DNA of 64,000 nucleotides, taken from NCBI GenBank assembly GCA_047967505.1, contig CM106538.1; one strand, 5' to 3'. Numbering within the stretch: position 1 is the first letter of the stretch; each line of letters starts with the position of its first letter. The notes beneath the pieces are model-generated. The model ran no database searches. It was not told the origin of the DNA and saw only the letters and a list, made by a program, of their open reading frames with translations. Source of the DNA: Dipteris shenzhenensis. Its lineage: Eukaryota. The translations under genes and the position numbers were made by a program. This document shows positions 14,190-24,794 of this stretch, one piece after another.

Positions 14190-15298
14190 CGTGGTGGAGT
14201 CTGTATCCCTTATTATGGGAGAGAAACTTGAGAAACACTATCCAACGTGGAAGTTCTGCATTAAGAATTTCCTAAGAGAAAAGGCTGAAAGGTGAAGAAA
14301 CAAAAATAGCTGTGACACTATATCTCAATAGCTATTAGTGATTCAATGATTGCTCATCATCTCCAAAATGCTGAGACACCCAAGGATGCTTGGGATTCCC
14401 CGGCAAAGTTGTTTGATTCTTTGAATAAGGCCAGGAAGCTGCAGCTAAAGCAGCAACTGAATGAAGTACAGAAGGAATCAATCAATGTCAATGATTATAC
14501 ACTAAAAATCCCAGTCTTGACTGACTAGCTGGGTGGCAGAGGAGGATCTTATTTTGGCTACAATGCAAGGACTTGGTAAGCAATGTAAGCCATTCAAATC
14601 CTCCATTTCTGTAAGAGATACCTATCCCACCTTTCAAGAGCTAATTCTGCTTCTTGTCAATGACGAGATGAGGGTTGGATCTAGTTGTGAGGGTTGGATC
14701 TCGTTCTAGAGGAACTTAGGAACATGCCTATGTGGCAGGTAGGGAGAGAGGTACAGGCCATGGAGGTTGGTCAGTTTGGATAACAAGAGACCCACATGGC
14801 CAAAGTCAGTATGGCAAAGGCCAAGAGAATCACGAGGTTCAGCAGCATAGCCAGAATCCAGAGGCAGAGGGAGCTCTCGTGAAGAGAGAGCTACCAAAAT
14901 CAAGGACAAAGGCCTGGCTCATGCAACTATTATGGATCAGAGGTCACTGGGCCAAAGAATGATGCAAGAAGCAGAATGATATCAGATCAGGAAAGTTACC
15001 ACATTGAAAATTCGCATCACTGATCAGGGGAGATTTAGCAGGAGTGATCAGTTGTTTCTATGACACCTATCATGGATAGTATGGTACATGACTGCTCAAT
15101 AACTAGTACATAGATTCAAGAGTGTCCAATCATATGATGGCTCATGGGGAATGGTTCATTGCTTTTGAACCAGTTAAGTACCCTTCGTTTGTGTTTATCA
15201 GCAATGATACCGCCATATGATTACTCATATGGGAAATGTGCAAGTGAAACTCACATCAAAAGAAGTGAAGGTACTTGGTGATGTTTTGTATGTGCCTG
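14190..15298 (+). mobile_element. Decayed copia gag-protease fragment, related to the family at 39856-45354
   Basis: IAHHLQNAETPKDAWD..KARKLQLKQQLNEVQ..NVNDYTLK parallels the young element's IVHIQDVETPKEAWD..KARKMQLKQELHNVQ; ends at VLYVP. Confidence 0.8.
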
Positions 15299-15410
15299 CA
15301 GGATTTGGGCAAAACAGCGTTTCGTGCAGGCGTTTCGTCCTGTTTCGAAATGTTTCGTGGCGAAAACGTTTCATCGCATTTCATCAGGACAAAACGTTTT
15401 TTCATGTGAC
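15299..15410. mobile_element. Possible single terminus of a hAT-like non-autonomous DNA transposon
   Basis: Begins CAGG exactly where copia homology stops, followed by clustered CGTTTC/GAAA(A)CG subterminal-type motifs; no second end found. Confidence 0.4.
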
Positions 15411-15863
15411 TATGCGTAAAAGCCTTGAACCCAATGAAAGCATATTGCTTTTAGCCAAATAGGTTGGTTTTTTTTCACAGAAAAAGGAAGCTTCTATTAA
15501 TGCTTGAAACCACCGTACGACTTAGCTACCAAATGGAGCAATGGAAGGTGAGTACAAGTGAAAATACTGATCGTCAGAAAATAACCAGCCTGTTTCTTTA
15601 AAACCCAACAAACTGCCTAGGGAATCTCCAGAACAGGGGCTAACAACCAGGGTGGGGTTTATACATTCAGGGTGGGGGTTTATACATCCAACGAATATCC
15701 TCCGCGGAAAGGGTGTAAAATTTAGCCAAATAGGTTGTAAGTAAATATTGCTTTTAGTGTGGTGCAGCCAAATAGGTTGCAAGGTGCAACCATCCTGAGT
15801 GTTCCCCTCACCTATCATATAATGTAAAGCACAAAAGAACTTGAGGAATAGAAATGTAGACAT

Positions 15864-17104
15864 CTATGGGAGAGGGAGGAGGTTGGGTTGGAACCCACAT
15901 ACAGAGAGGAAGGCGCCAGGAGACGGGGCGAGGAAGTGCCATTGAGAGAGAGCTATGTCATAGAGGAGGGGACTCCACGGGTCACGTTCCACAGTGGCGC
16001 AGTCATGGGCAGTCATAAGGATGAGATCTCCAACATTTGTGAAGTGGACGTCTTCTAGTTGGGTGAAGAATTCTTCTTTCCAGAGGTGGGGAGGGGTTCT
16101 GGCAATCTCCACCCATTTTGTTAGATGATCATTTCGTTGGAGCTTCCAAACCACAAACCCATGAAGGTCAGGAAATTCAGGCGCTGGCTCATCGCGATGC
16201 CAGATGGCTGCAACCAGAAGTAGTTCTTCCTTGTACGGAATGATGGTTGGATAAGTGATCTCATCACTCAACCTTGGTAGACCTGGTAGCCCCTCCATCT
16301 CACTCCATCTCCCCTCTCCAATCTCGAATTTAGTCACTGTCCCTTGCTCTTGTGAAATCCACATCATCTCATTGCCTTTCACTTCGCCCACATAGTTTTT
16401 ACCAGCCCACGCTGATCTCCATCCTGATCCCAGCAGCGAAGGACCATGTACCTTCCAGCATCCCGACCTGGAGTCGAAATTTCTACATGCGTGTCTGCCA
16501 GCATCACCACTACCCGATACCAATTGCTCATTGAATCGAAAGACATAGCCATGCAGTAGGGATGTCTGTATGTGGACGCTAGACCAGGGCACGGGGGAAG
16601 CACTTTCACGGAGCGGGTGAGCCAGTTCGACACCAGCACAGACGAGCACCTAAAATTTGTTAACATCCGGAGACCAGAACTATGTATCTCGTCGCCTTTG
16701 ACGATAATGCTGCAGGTGAGACCTCCCGCACTGCCCGAGCTGTAGAACCCCCTTGGGTATCCAAAGAGCTCGAGGAATTCAGCAGGGGGGCGAATCCATC
16801 TGTACCTCTTGGTGGAGTTATCCACCACAAGAATCTCGGCCGTTCTTCTAGGATCAAGATCAGGGGCCATCAAGAACCAAGTCTCAGGAGGAGCATGTTG
16901 CCAGTGCAACCGGGTAAAGCTAGGGGAGCGTAGAAGAGCATTCCAGGATTTGGAGACGGCGAGCAAGGGCAAGAGCTGGGAAATGGGTAAAAGTGCAAGC
17001 ACGGTTTCAAGAAGTTGGGTAGGCAATGGTATGGTGTGTCGGATGGCAAATTGAATGTGGCGAGCTTGTTTCTTCTTCTTCTCATCGTCGTCCTCCTCCG
17101 CCAT
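15864..17104 (-). CDS. Intronless F-box protein with putative C-terminal beta-propeller, ~413 aa, interrupted by a 1-nt deletion at ~16477-16479
   Basis: F-box LPTQLLETVLALLPISQLLPLLAVSKSWNALL. The two overlapping ORFs join as HVEIFDSRSGCWK if one T is added (gaaatttcgac to gaaattttcgac). ATG 17104 to stop 15864 is 1241 nt; adding 1 gives 414 codons. C-terminus FQPNL is typical of plant F-box proteins. Confidence 0.85.
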
Positions 17105-17320
17105 CTCTTGTGTTGCTTCTCCGCCATAGCCTGTAACGTTCAATAAGTTGATGCAGGCCACATTGAGTAGTGAACAAGGCTTTGAATCATCCTCTTGACT
17201 GCTTCTTACGTGTTAGACTGGTTATTCCCCATCAGTTTTAATCGTGGGATTCATTAGTAGCGGGAGCATCCATGGGCCATAAGGTAAAGCTTTGCGGGCC
17301 ATTAAGGTCAGTCATAGGAA

Positions 17321-17461
17321 AACAAGTGAGTACACGTACTCCTCACCACTCCCTTCAGATTGGTTCTTCAGAGGATAACAATTGTCAAGATGAATACATG
17401 ATTAATTTGCAACACCTGTGTTGGAAGCCCGTCTATGGGAAAGTTTGAATGATCTGGAAAC

Positions 17462-17514
<53 letters not shown>

Positions 17515-17672
17515 GTTCTTAAAAAAAGAAAGTGTGTGTGAGTGAGAGAGAGAAAGAACCAAAATAGAAGGGGGCCATGTGGCAACAAAGTGTGTGGGAC
17601 ACTTTTTAACAAAAATGTAACTAGAGCGTTGCCTGGAAGGCAGGGCTAACAAGGTGGAGTGTCCACTGAGGC
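17321..17672. repeat. Dispersed repeat with (GT)n(GA)n microsatellite and CTAG+hairpin (copy 1)
   Basis: Collinear similarity to 55009-55395, including the compound microsatellite and ctagagcgttgcctggaaggcagggctaac. Confidence 0.85.
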
Positions 17673-17769
17673 CTTGCTTTGAGTAAAGGTATTTGTTTAC
17701 TTTTCTATATTTTTCTTTGATTCATGTACTTTTCTATATTTTTCTTCATGTTTATGTGTTTTTTAAAAT

Positions 17770-17996
17770 TTTATTCGCATCCAACAACTAATCACCTTTG
17801 AAAAACAATGTAAGAAACAGTTGGTACAACTGATCAAATGCATGACCGAAGACATGCTTTCAAGTGGCTTCATATTTTCAATTTTTCTTCGCATCCAACA
17901 ACTAATCACCTTTGAAAAAAAATGTAAGAAACAGTTGGTACAACTGATCAAATGCATGACCGAAGACATGCTTTCAAGTGGCTTCATAGTTTCAAG
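17770..17996. repeat. 114-bp tandem duplication
   Basis: gcatccaacaactaatcacctttgaaaaa...ctttcaagtggcttcata at 17777 and 17891, nearly identical. Confidence 0.9.
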
Positions 17997-19974
17997 TATC
18001 GAGGAGGAAATGCACGACCAAAGAATGTCTTCCAAGTGATCAAACGCATGACTGAATAAAGGCTTCCAAGTGGCTTCAAGACAAGGGCGATGTAGCTTTA
18101 ACACATTTTGAGCGTTCGCTCTAAGCAGATCATTCAACAAAGAAGGTACACCTTTCGAAGAAGTTTGAATGTACTATAAGGAGCACGGTTGAAAATATCA
18201 TGGAGACGATGAACGCAATGAAATCACATACAAAGAAAATAGATTTTCGTATACAATCTAATGATTCCAAAGGAAACAAGCACACAAATGAAAGAGCGAA
18301 TCACCTCCCACACATTCAGCCATGTCCATCTCGCAAGCAGTTCCCATCACAATCCAACAGCTTCCCTTCAAACTACAGATACTTCAAATCCTCACACACA
18401 GAAGCACAACACTGCAAATACTTGAAATCATCACACAGATACCGTTACACTACGGCCGTGTATCCTTTTCTAGGCAAACCACCATGACCAAAAAACACAA
18501 ATAGCATCTGCTATAACAGCTCAACCTTCTACCTAATTCTACAATTGACTTCATTTACTCACATTCATGCAACTGACCTTACCCTCTCCCCACAGATCGC
18601 ATGACACCATGACTAACTGGAAGGTCCTTTTCCTTTGCCCTTTGGCACCGGCATGCAACAATAGGAAGTTGCATGTCCAATTCCCTCAAGACCAAAAAAC
18701 TAGCACTTGAATAGATGTCGGCAATGAATGAAGACAAATTCAACTTCTTTACTGATTGGTCATGCCCAAATGACTCACACAATACCAAAAGATGGAGAAC
18801 CGCAGCGAAGCCTATCTCAAAAAGTGAGACGGATGGTATAATTGAAGCCTTGTAACAAAGGAAAGATCAAGCCTCACACCAAGGAAAGCTCAAACCTCGC
18901 AGCAGAGTAGACGTGAGAAGAGATGAAGCCTCTCAATAGAGCAAAAGAGAGGACTCGTAGCAGAGAAAAGATGAGCGGAGGTGAGATACAGAGAGAAAAC
19001 AAACATACACCCAAGCCCAAATAACACCCTAACAATGAACCCTAACCACCCTACTAACCATAACCTAACCCTAGTTCCTCCCTAGTTATTCCACTAACTT
19101 GGTCAACTTAACCAACAACAAACAAGAGTCCATGTATGCACAAAAGCATTGGCTTCACCTTATGAGGTTTATGAGGCTCTAGACATTAACCATCCGTTTG
19201 AAAGAAGTCCCTTAAAAATTCCTTGGTCTCTGTAGTTGCAAAGACACAATATTATTACAAAGATCATGCATTCCAGACAATAATATTCCATTTGAAAGAA
19301 TGCTTAAAAAATTTATTGAGCTCCCTAGTCATAACGACAAATGTCATGGTAAGTTCATGCACTTAAAAAAATGAACATTTTAATGCACTAGAAGCCAAGC
19401 AACTCAAATTTTCCCTTCAATGAGGCCTAGAAAAAAAGTTTGAACTTTGAACTAGCAAAGTTGACGCTATAGCTAGTCTTATTCCAAAATGGCTTGAGGA
19501 TTTTGTGCAACGAAGATGTTAAGGTAGAGTTGAAAATTAATGGATTTCTGCCATGGTTGCCTCTAATTAACCCAATTTGTGGCTTAAGAGTTGATGGGCA
19601 CCACTTTGATGTTGTGAATAGTATATTGATTCTTAATGCATCAGAAGAATATATTGCTCCTCAATGCATCAAAAGAATAAAATATTTCATTAGACGAGTC
19701 ATTATTCACATTGTTGCATGAATTGATTCAATGCATGCAAGAATTGGATGAAATTTCTTATAGCTGTGTCAAAGCAAAGTTCCTTACATTCACAACAAAC
19801 ACCCATTGCCAATGTACTTAGTATGTATTGCCTATTTTTAATTTTTCTTTTTCATTTGGCCTTGGGATTCTATTGCTTGTTCTTGGAGTAGTCGTGCCTT
19901 TCACTATACCCTGAACAATGGTAGGTCGTATTAAAATTAGAGTAGTAGTGAAGGCACCATCAACAAAGCACAAA

Positions 19975-20363
19975 CACAATAAAAAAATAGACAATAACGT
20001 CATATGATAATGCCAAAAAAGTAGAGTGCTCTAAGATTATGGCCTTTTAAATGGAAAATTAAATAATCTTATCATCACAATATCCCTTGTCGATCCTTAA
20101 CATTCATTCCTATATTTTAGAGTCCTTGGCATGTATTTATTAATTTATTCATTGCTCACTTGCTATACTTTAGAGTCCCATTTTTGGACCACATAGCTAC
20201 TACCTTATAACTGAGCTTGGATCCTACCGTTTAATGACATTTTGCTAAAGGAAAAAAGAGAATGAAAAAAATATGAACATGAGACACGAAACAAGGTCCA
20301 TCAGGACCCGATCCTCCTTGCAAATGTCAGGGTAGTGTTTTACTATTGCCTTGGTGATGTACA
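19975..20363 (-). repeat. Inverted remainder of the ~394-bp tandem unit 2
   Basis: Reverse complement aligns with ~3650-4030 (atcaccaaggcaat, aaaatgggactctaaagtatagc, gacaagggatattgtgatgataag, atatgacgttattgtct). Confidence 0.85.
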
Positions 20364-20602
20364 TGTTGGGGTAAAGGCCAATGGCCTAGTATATACCCCT
20401 TTGTACCATACATACATAATAAGAGCTTACCTTGATCTGGGTGAGTTAGCACCCATAATTTTCGATGTTCTCCTTTTCTTTGTTGCTCTCTGATAAGACC
20501 TCCTCTCCATCAATTGGTATCAGAGCTTGGTTGAGCGAAGCCAACAAAGAGACTGTAGCATTGCAGTGTTGCTGTGCCAAGAGCCTGAACTTGTTGCGTG
20601 GA
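20364..20602 (+). mobile_element. Displaced 5' LTR, PBS and leader start of copia A1
   Basis: 149-bp LTR at 20364-20512; tRNA-iMet PBS tggtatcagagc at 20515-20526; ~75 bp matching the leader of A2. Preceded by GTACA, the reverse complement of the TGTAC flanking the LTR at 4048. Confidence 0.9.
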
Positions 20603-20889
20603 CGGTAGAGGGCTTGGAGACTTCAAGGTTGACAAGATGTCATTGTCCACGTGCAAAGACTCTTCCAACTTCAATGTACGTGCATAGATTGCTCCAACTC
20701 CGACGGTACGTGACGGTTCTGGTACTCTGGATTTTGAAAGGGAGAGTGAGGATGGATTTCAAGTGGAGGACAAATTACGAGGGAGGAGGCATTTTGGGAA
20801 GCAAAGTGGGGAGCACAGTGCAGTGTTTATTGCGATGGTAGTGCTACCAGTTGTGCATTGGACCATGTGGCAGGAGGCATGGGCGTTGA

Positions 20890-22485
20890 ACCCATGCATG
20901 TCCATGGATGGAGGCAGTCAATAGAGCGAGCGAAAAAAAGCAAGCAAGCCCAAAAAAGCGAGCGACAATTAGTTGAAGTGATTGGAAAATCAAGCAAGCA
21001 AAGAAAGAATCTAAGTTTTTTAATAAAATAATTGCTTGAAGTATAAAGTATTCAAAAGAGTGGTTATGTGTCACATTTCTTGAAATTGAGTAGTCTAAAG
21101 TTAAGGACTATTGTAACATGACCCCATTTGGGTTTGGCAATTATCCTGGGGGGTCACTCATAAACATGTAACATAGCACTTTTGTGCATTGAGGGGTATT
21201 TTTTAGTGGAGGGACTTACATGTTGTTTGTGTACATGAGGGGATTTATTTAATGTAATTTATATTTATAGATATTTTAAAATGTAAACACATACATGGGT
21301 TCAACCATTTACATGACAAAATGTAAATTGCAAGAATAGGGGTAATTTTTAATACGTGCTTGCTTGCACATGCTTTATGGGTTTATGAAGAGTGATCCCC
21401 TGAGTGCAATTAAAAGGTAGAGGATTTTAAATTTCGGTTTTTTTTTTGCCAAAATAGACAGTGTCTTCTTGCTCCCCATTATGGGAAACCTTGCTTTAAA
21501 CTTGGTGCAAAAAATTGGACAAAATTTCACAAAATTCATATTCTGATGCACACAATTTTTTTAGATGGTGCAAAAAGGCATGATATTGATCTAAATCATG
21601 CCTTGTCATTTGATTTGATATGTAATGTTATGCCATTTATATTTGACAATAAAAAGATGTAGGGATGTTAAAAACTCATCTTTTGGGCCAAAAAAATCAT
21701 ATGTTGACATCTTGCAAAAATATAGGGATGTGAAAATGTCCTCTTTTGGGCCAAAACAGGGAGCGCGTTAACACGTTCCCTATTTTGGCCCAAAAGAGGA
21801 CATTTTCACATCCTTGTATCTTTTGATTTACAAGTCCAAATAGGGTCATGTTACATATCAAAATCAAATGGCAAGGCGTACTCTACATGATTATCATGTC
21901 TTTGTGCACCATCTAGTAAAATTTAATGCACCAAAATATGAATTTGTGGTTAATTTATTGCATTGGTTAGATTAGTGGGAGGTAAGAATAAATCATTAGG
22001 GAAGGATATTTTTCCAGTAACAAAGAAACATGGGTTTCATTCCAAGAGTGAAAAAGTTAAAAAAGCTAAGCATTTACATATGCATGGAATCTAGACTAAT
22101 CCATGCAAGGAGTCCTTGGAAACACCCCACCTGTGTGGAAGGTTACATTGATGATCTCAATTACTCTAGCGGAAAGAGAGAACTTGATTGCAGTTACTGT
22201 AGGGTTTGTCTTTAATACAAACAATGAATTGGAAATTGAACATACAAACTATCTCATGGATGATGTGAAATTAGTATTAGTGGCTCAGAAAGTTATATGC
22301 ATATTTAACCTTCTAGCATTGAGGAAACATATGGACTTTTGAATAAGTTATTATTTTTTGCTACTGAAATAGGGGATTTATAAATCTTTTATTGTTTTTT
22401 ATTGCTCGCTTTTTTTGGCTGGCTCGCTTTTTGTCGCTCGCCTTTTGGTAATCCTCCCATGGATGCTGCATGGTCATGCATGGAT
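20890..22485. repeat. Foldback-like structure: outer inverted repeats and central long palindrome
   Basis: Outer arms gcgagcgaaaaaaagcaagcaagcccaaaaaagcgagc (~20926-20963) and gctcgctttttttggctggctcgctttttgtcgctcgc (~22404-22442). Inner arms ~21520-21769 and 21770-21950 with no spacer (gtt|aac). Confidence 0.75.
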
Positions 22486-23494
22486 GAAAAGCTAGAAAGG
22501 GCATCTTTAGCATTGGGGCATGAGGCGAGATTTGGGCCATGGTCAAGGTCATCTTGGCGAGGGGGTTGGTGGGCGCAGTTGTACACATGTACAAGAGACA
22601 AAGCCGAGCCTCCAAAATCTATCCTTAGGTAGGTTTGTGTGCTTCTAAGCAATGTGCGCTCTCATATAAGAGTAGTAGAAGCTTCCCCGTGCTCTATTGA
22701 GCACTCAGCCTGTATCCTGTTCCAAAAATGCATACATCTCGCTAGCATGGCATGGTAAAGGATGTGATGGGCTTTTTCTTTTCTTGCTACACATGTCATC
22801 ACCTCTCAACACTCATAAGCATAGCTATCGCTATGTTTTTTTGTATTTGTCCCCAACTTATACTATGTTCTTAGCATGCTTTTGCAACCTAGAGCCCATT
22901 ATGGATGAATACAAGACTGGGGAGCGAGCACAGATGGCTCTCCCTCATCTCAAAGGGGTCTCGTAAATCTCTTTCAGAGGCAGTGTGTTATTCTCATGTG
23001 ATAACCAAATGGTCTCCTTTCTTGTCTTCATTATGCTCTCACAAGCACTCAGACCACCCATCTTGAGGGAGAGCAGAAGGGCATGAAAGAAAACGTGAAT
23101 GAAGGATTGGCGAGCCAGTCGTGAGAATGTAGAGGAACTTGTTTATCATCCATCTATTTCAAAGTTGCAAGAGCTACTATAGTCCTTGTTGGGTTGCTGT
23201 AGCTGAGGCGTCAAGGTCCTCTCACAGTGACCCATCTCCTCAAATCTTTTCTAGCAACCTCAAGTGTCATGTTCAAAGCATTGGATGCCTTCTGTACTAA
23301 GTTTTTTCCACCTTCTACCTCATGAGGTGGAAAGAAGGTAATTAAGTCGCACATTTCTCAATAGTGGAGCATTGGGCTCTAGGTCATGGTTGTACCTCTC
23401 TATATATATTTTTTGCATCTGCCCGTTGTTCTACTAGTGGATCTCAGTGTATCTTTTACCTCTCTCTCTCTCTTTATATATATGTATGTATTCC

Positions 23495-24794
23495 CAGAAT
23501 TGGATTTTGGATTCTAGTGCTTCATTTCATATTACTCCCCATAGGGAGTCATTCTCCACTTATGACAATGGAAAGACAGGTTGTGTGCATCTTGGAAATA
23601 ACTATACATGTGACATAGTGGGAGCAAGTGACATAAAGTTTTCTTTTGCAAATGGGTCTGCATTTGTTTTAAAAAATGTGAGACATGTGCCTAACCTGAC
23701 CAAGAGTCTTATTTCAGTGGGTCGGCTAGATGATGCTAGTTTTCAAACCACCTTTGGCTTTCAGAGTTGGAAAATTCAGAATAGCTCTATGGTTTTGGCA
23801 AGGGGTGCCAAGTGTGGGACATTGTATCCATTACATGTATCAAGGGTGTCTGATCATATTGTTGTGATAACCAAGTAGCCAAGTACTTCTTTGTGGCATT
23901 ACCGGTTGGGGCACATGAGCTAGAATTGAATGAAACTCTTATGTTGTTTGGGTTATGTACCACATTTGAGTTTTTCTAACTTTGAATTTTGCGAGAACTA
24001 TCTTTATGGGAAGAAAACTAAATCAACCCATAAAAAAGAAGGGGAAAGAAGGAGCCTGAAAGGCGTATGTGGTCCCATTCTTAGGTGGAGCTGAATATTA
24101 TGTGGCATTCATTGATGATGTAACTAGGAAAGTTTGGGCTTATGCTATAGCTTGGAAGAGTGATGTGTTCCAATTATTTCAAAAATGGTTGGCTTTTGTT
24201 GAAAATCAGTCACGTAGAATACTTAGATGCCTACAGACTGACAATGGTGGAGAGTGTCTCTCTCATGACTTTCAACATTTCTATGATACATGTGGCATCA
24301 AGAGGGAGATCTCGTCCCCTCGTACTCTAGACAAAAATCTAGTTGCAGAGAATAGATGAACTACACCATTAAGGAATGGTTGCAATGTATGCTTTCAAAT
24401 GCAAGTCTTTTTGGTGGTCTTTGGGCTGAGGCAATGAAGACTATAGTGCATGTGCTCAATAGATCACATAGTAAGATTTTGAAGGGTGGTATTCTTGAAG
24501 AGGCATAGAGTGGCAAGAATCCCTCTTACACTCATTTGCATATATTTGAATGTGAAGCATATGCACATGTGCCAAAAGAGCTTCAGAAGAAGCTAAATCC
24601 TAAGTCTAGGAAATGCATCTTTCTAGGTTATGGTAAAAGTGGAGAGATGGGCTATCGTCTCTCGGATCCAAAAGCAAAGAAGATCATATGAATCCATGAT
24701 GTGGCCTTCAATGAGAAGAAGATACATAAGACACCCAAGAGGGATGTGGAAATGAGGAGAATCACTTTTCAGGATGTGAATCCACCTGCATATG
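23495..24794 (+). mobile_element. Host copia element, 5' part (protease-integrase), 5'-truncated
   Basis: QNWILDSSASFHITPH, FIDDVTRKVW and TDNGGEC motifs; interrupted at ATATG by the nested element. Confidence 0.9.

Noticed and set aside
16379-16649. Two overlapping genes or programmed frameshifting in the F-box locus
   Set aside because: One missing base restores a single typical protein; no canonical slippery heptamer seen.
20603-20660. Minus-strand SLHVDNDILS as continuation of the RT fragment at 9350 across the inversion
   Set aside because: Resemblance to LYVDD is too short and not supported by flanking residues.
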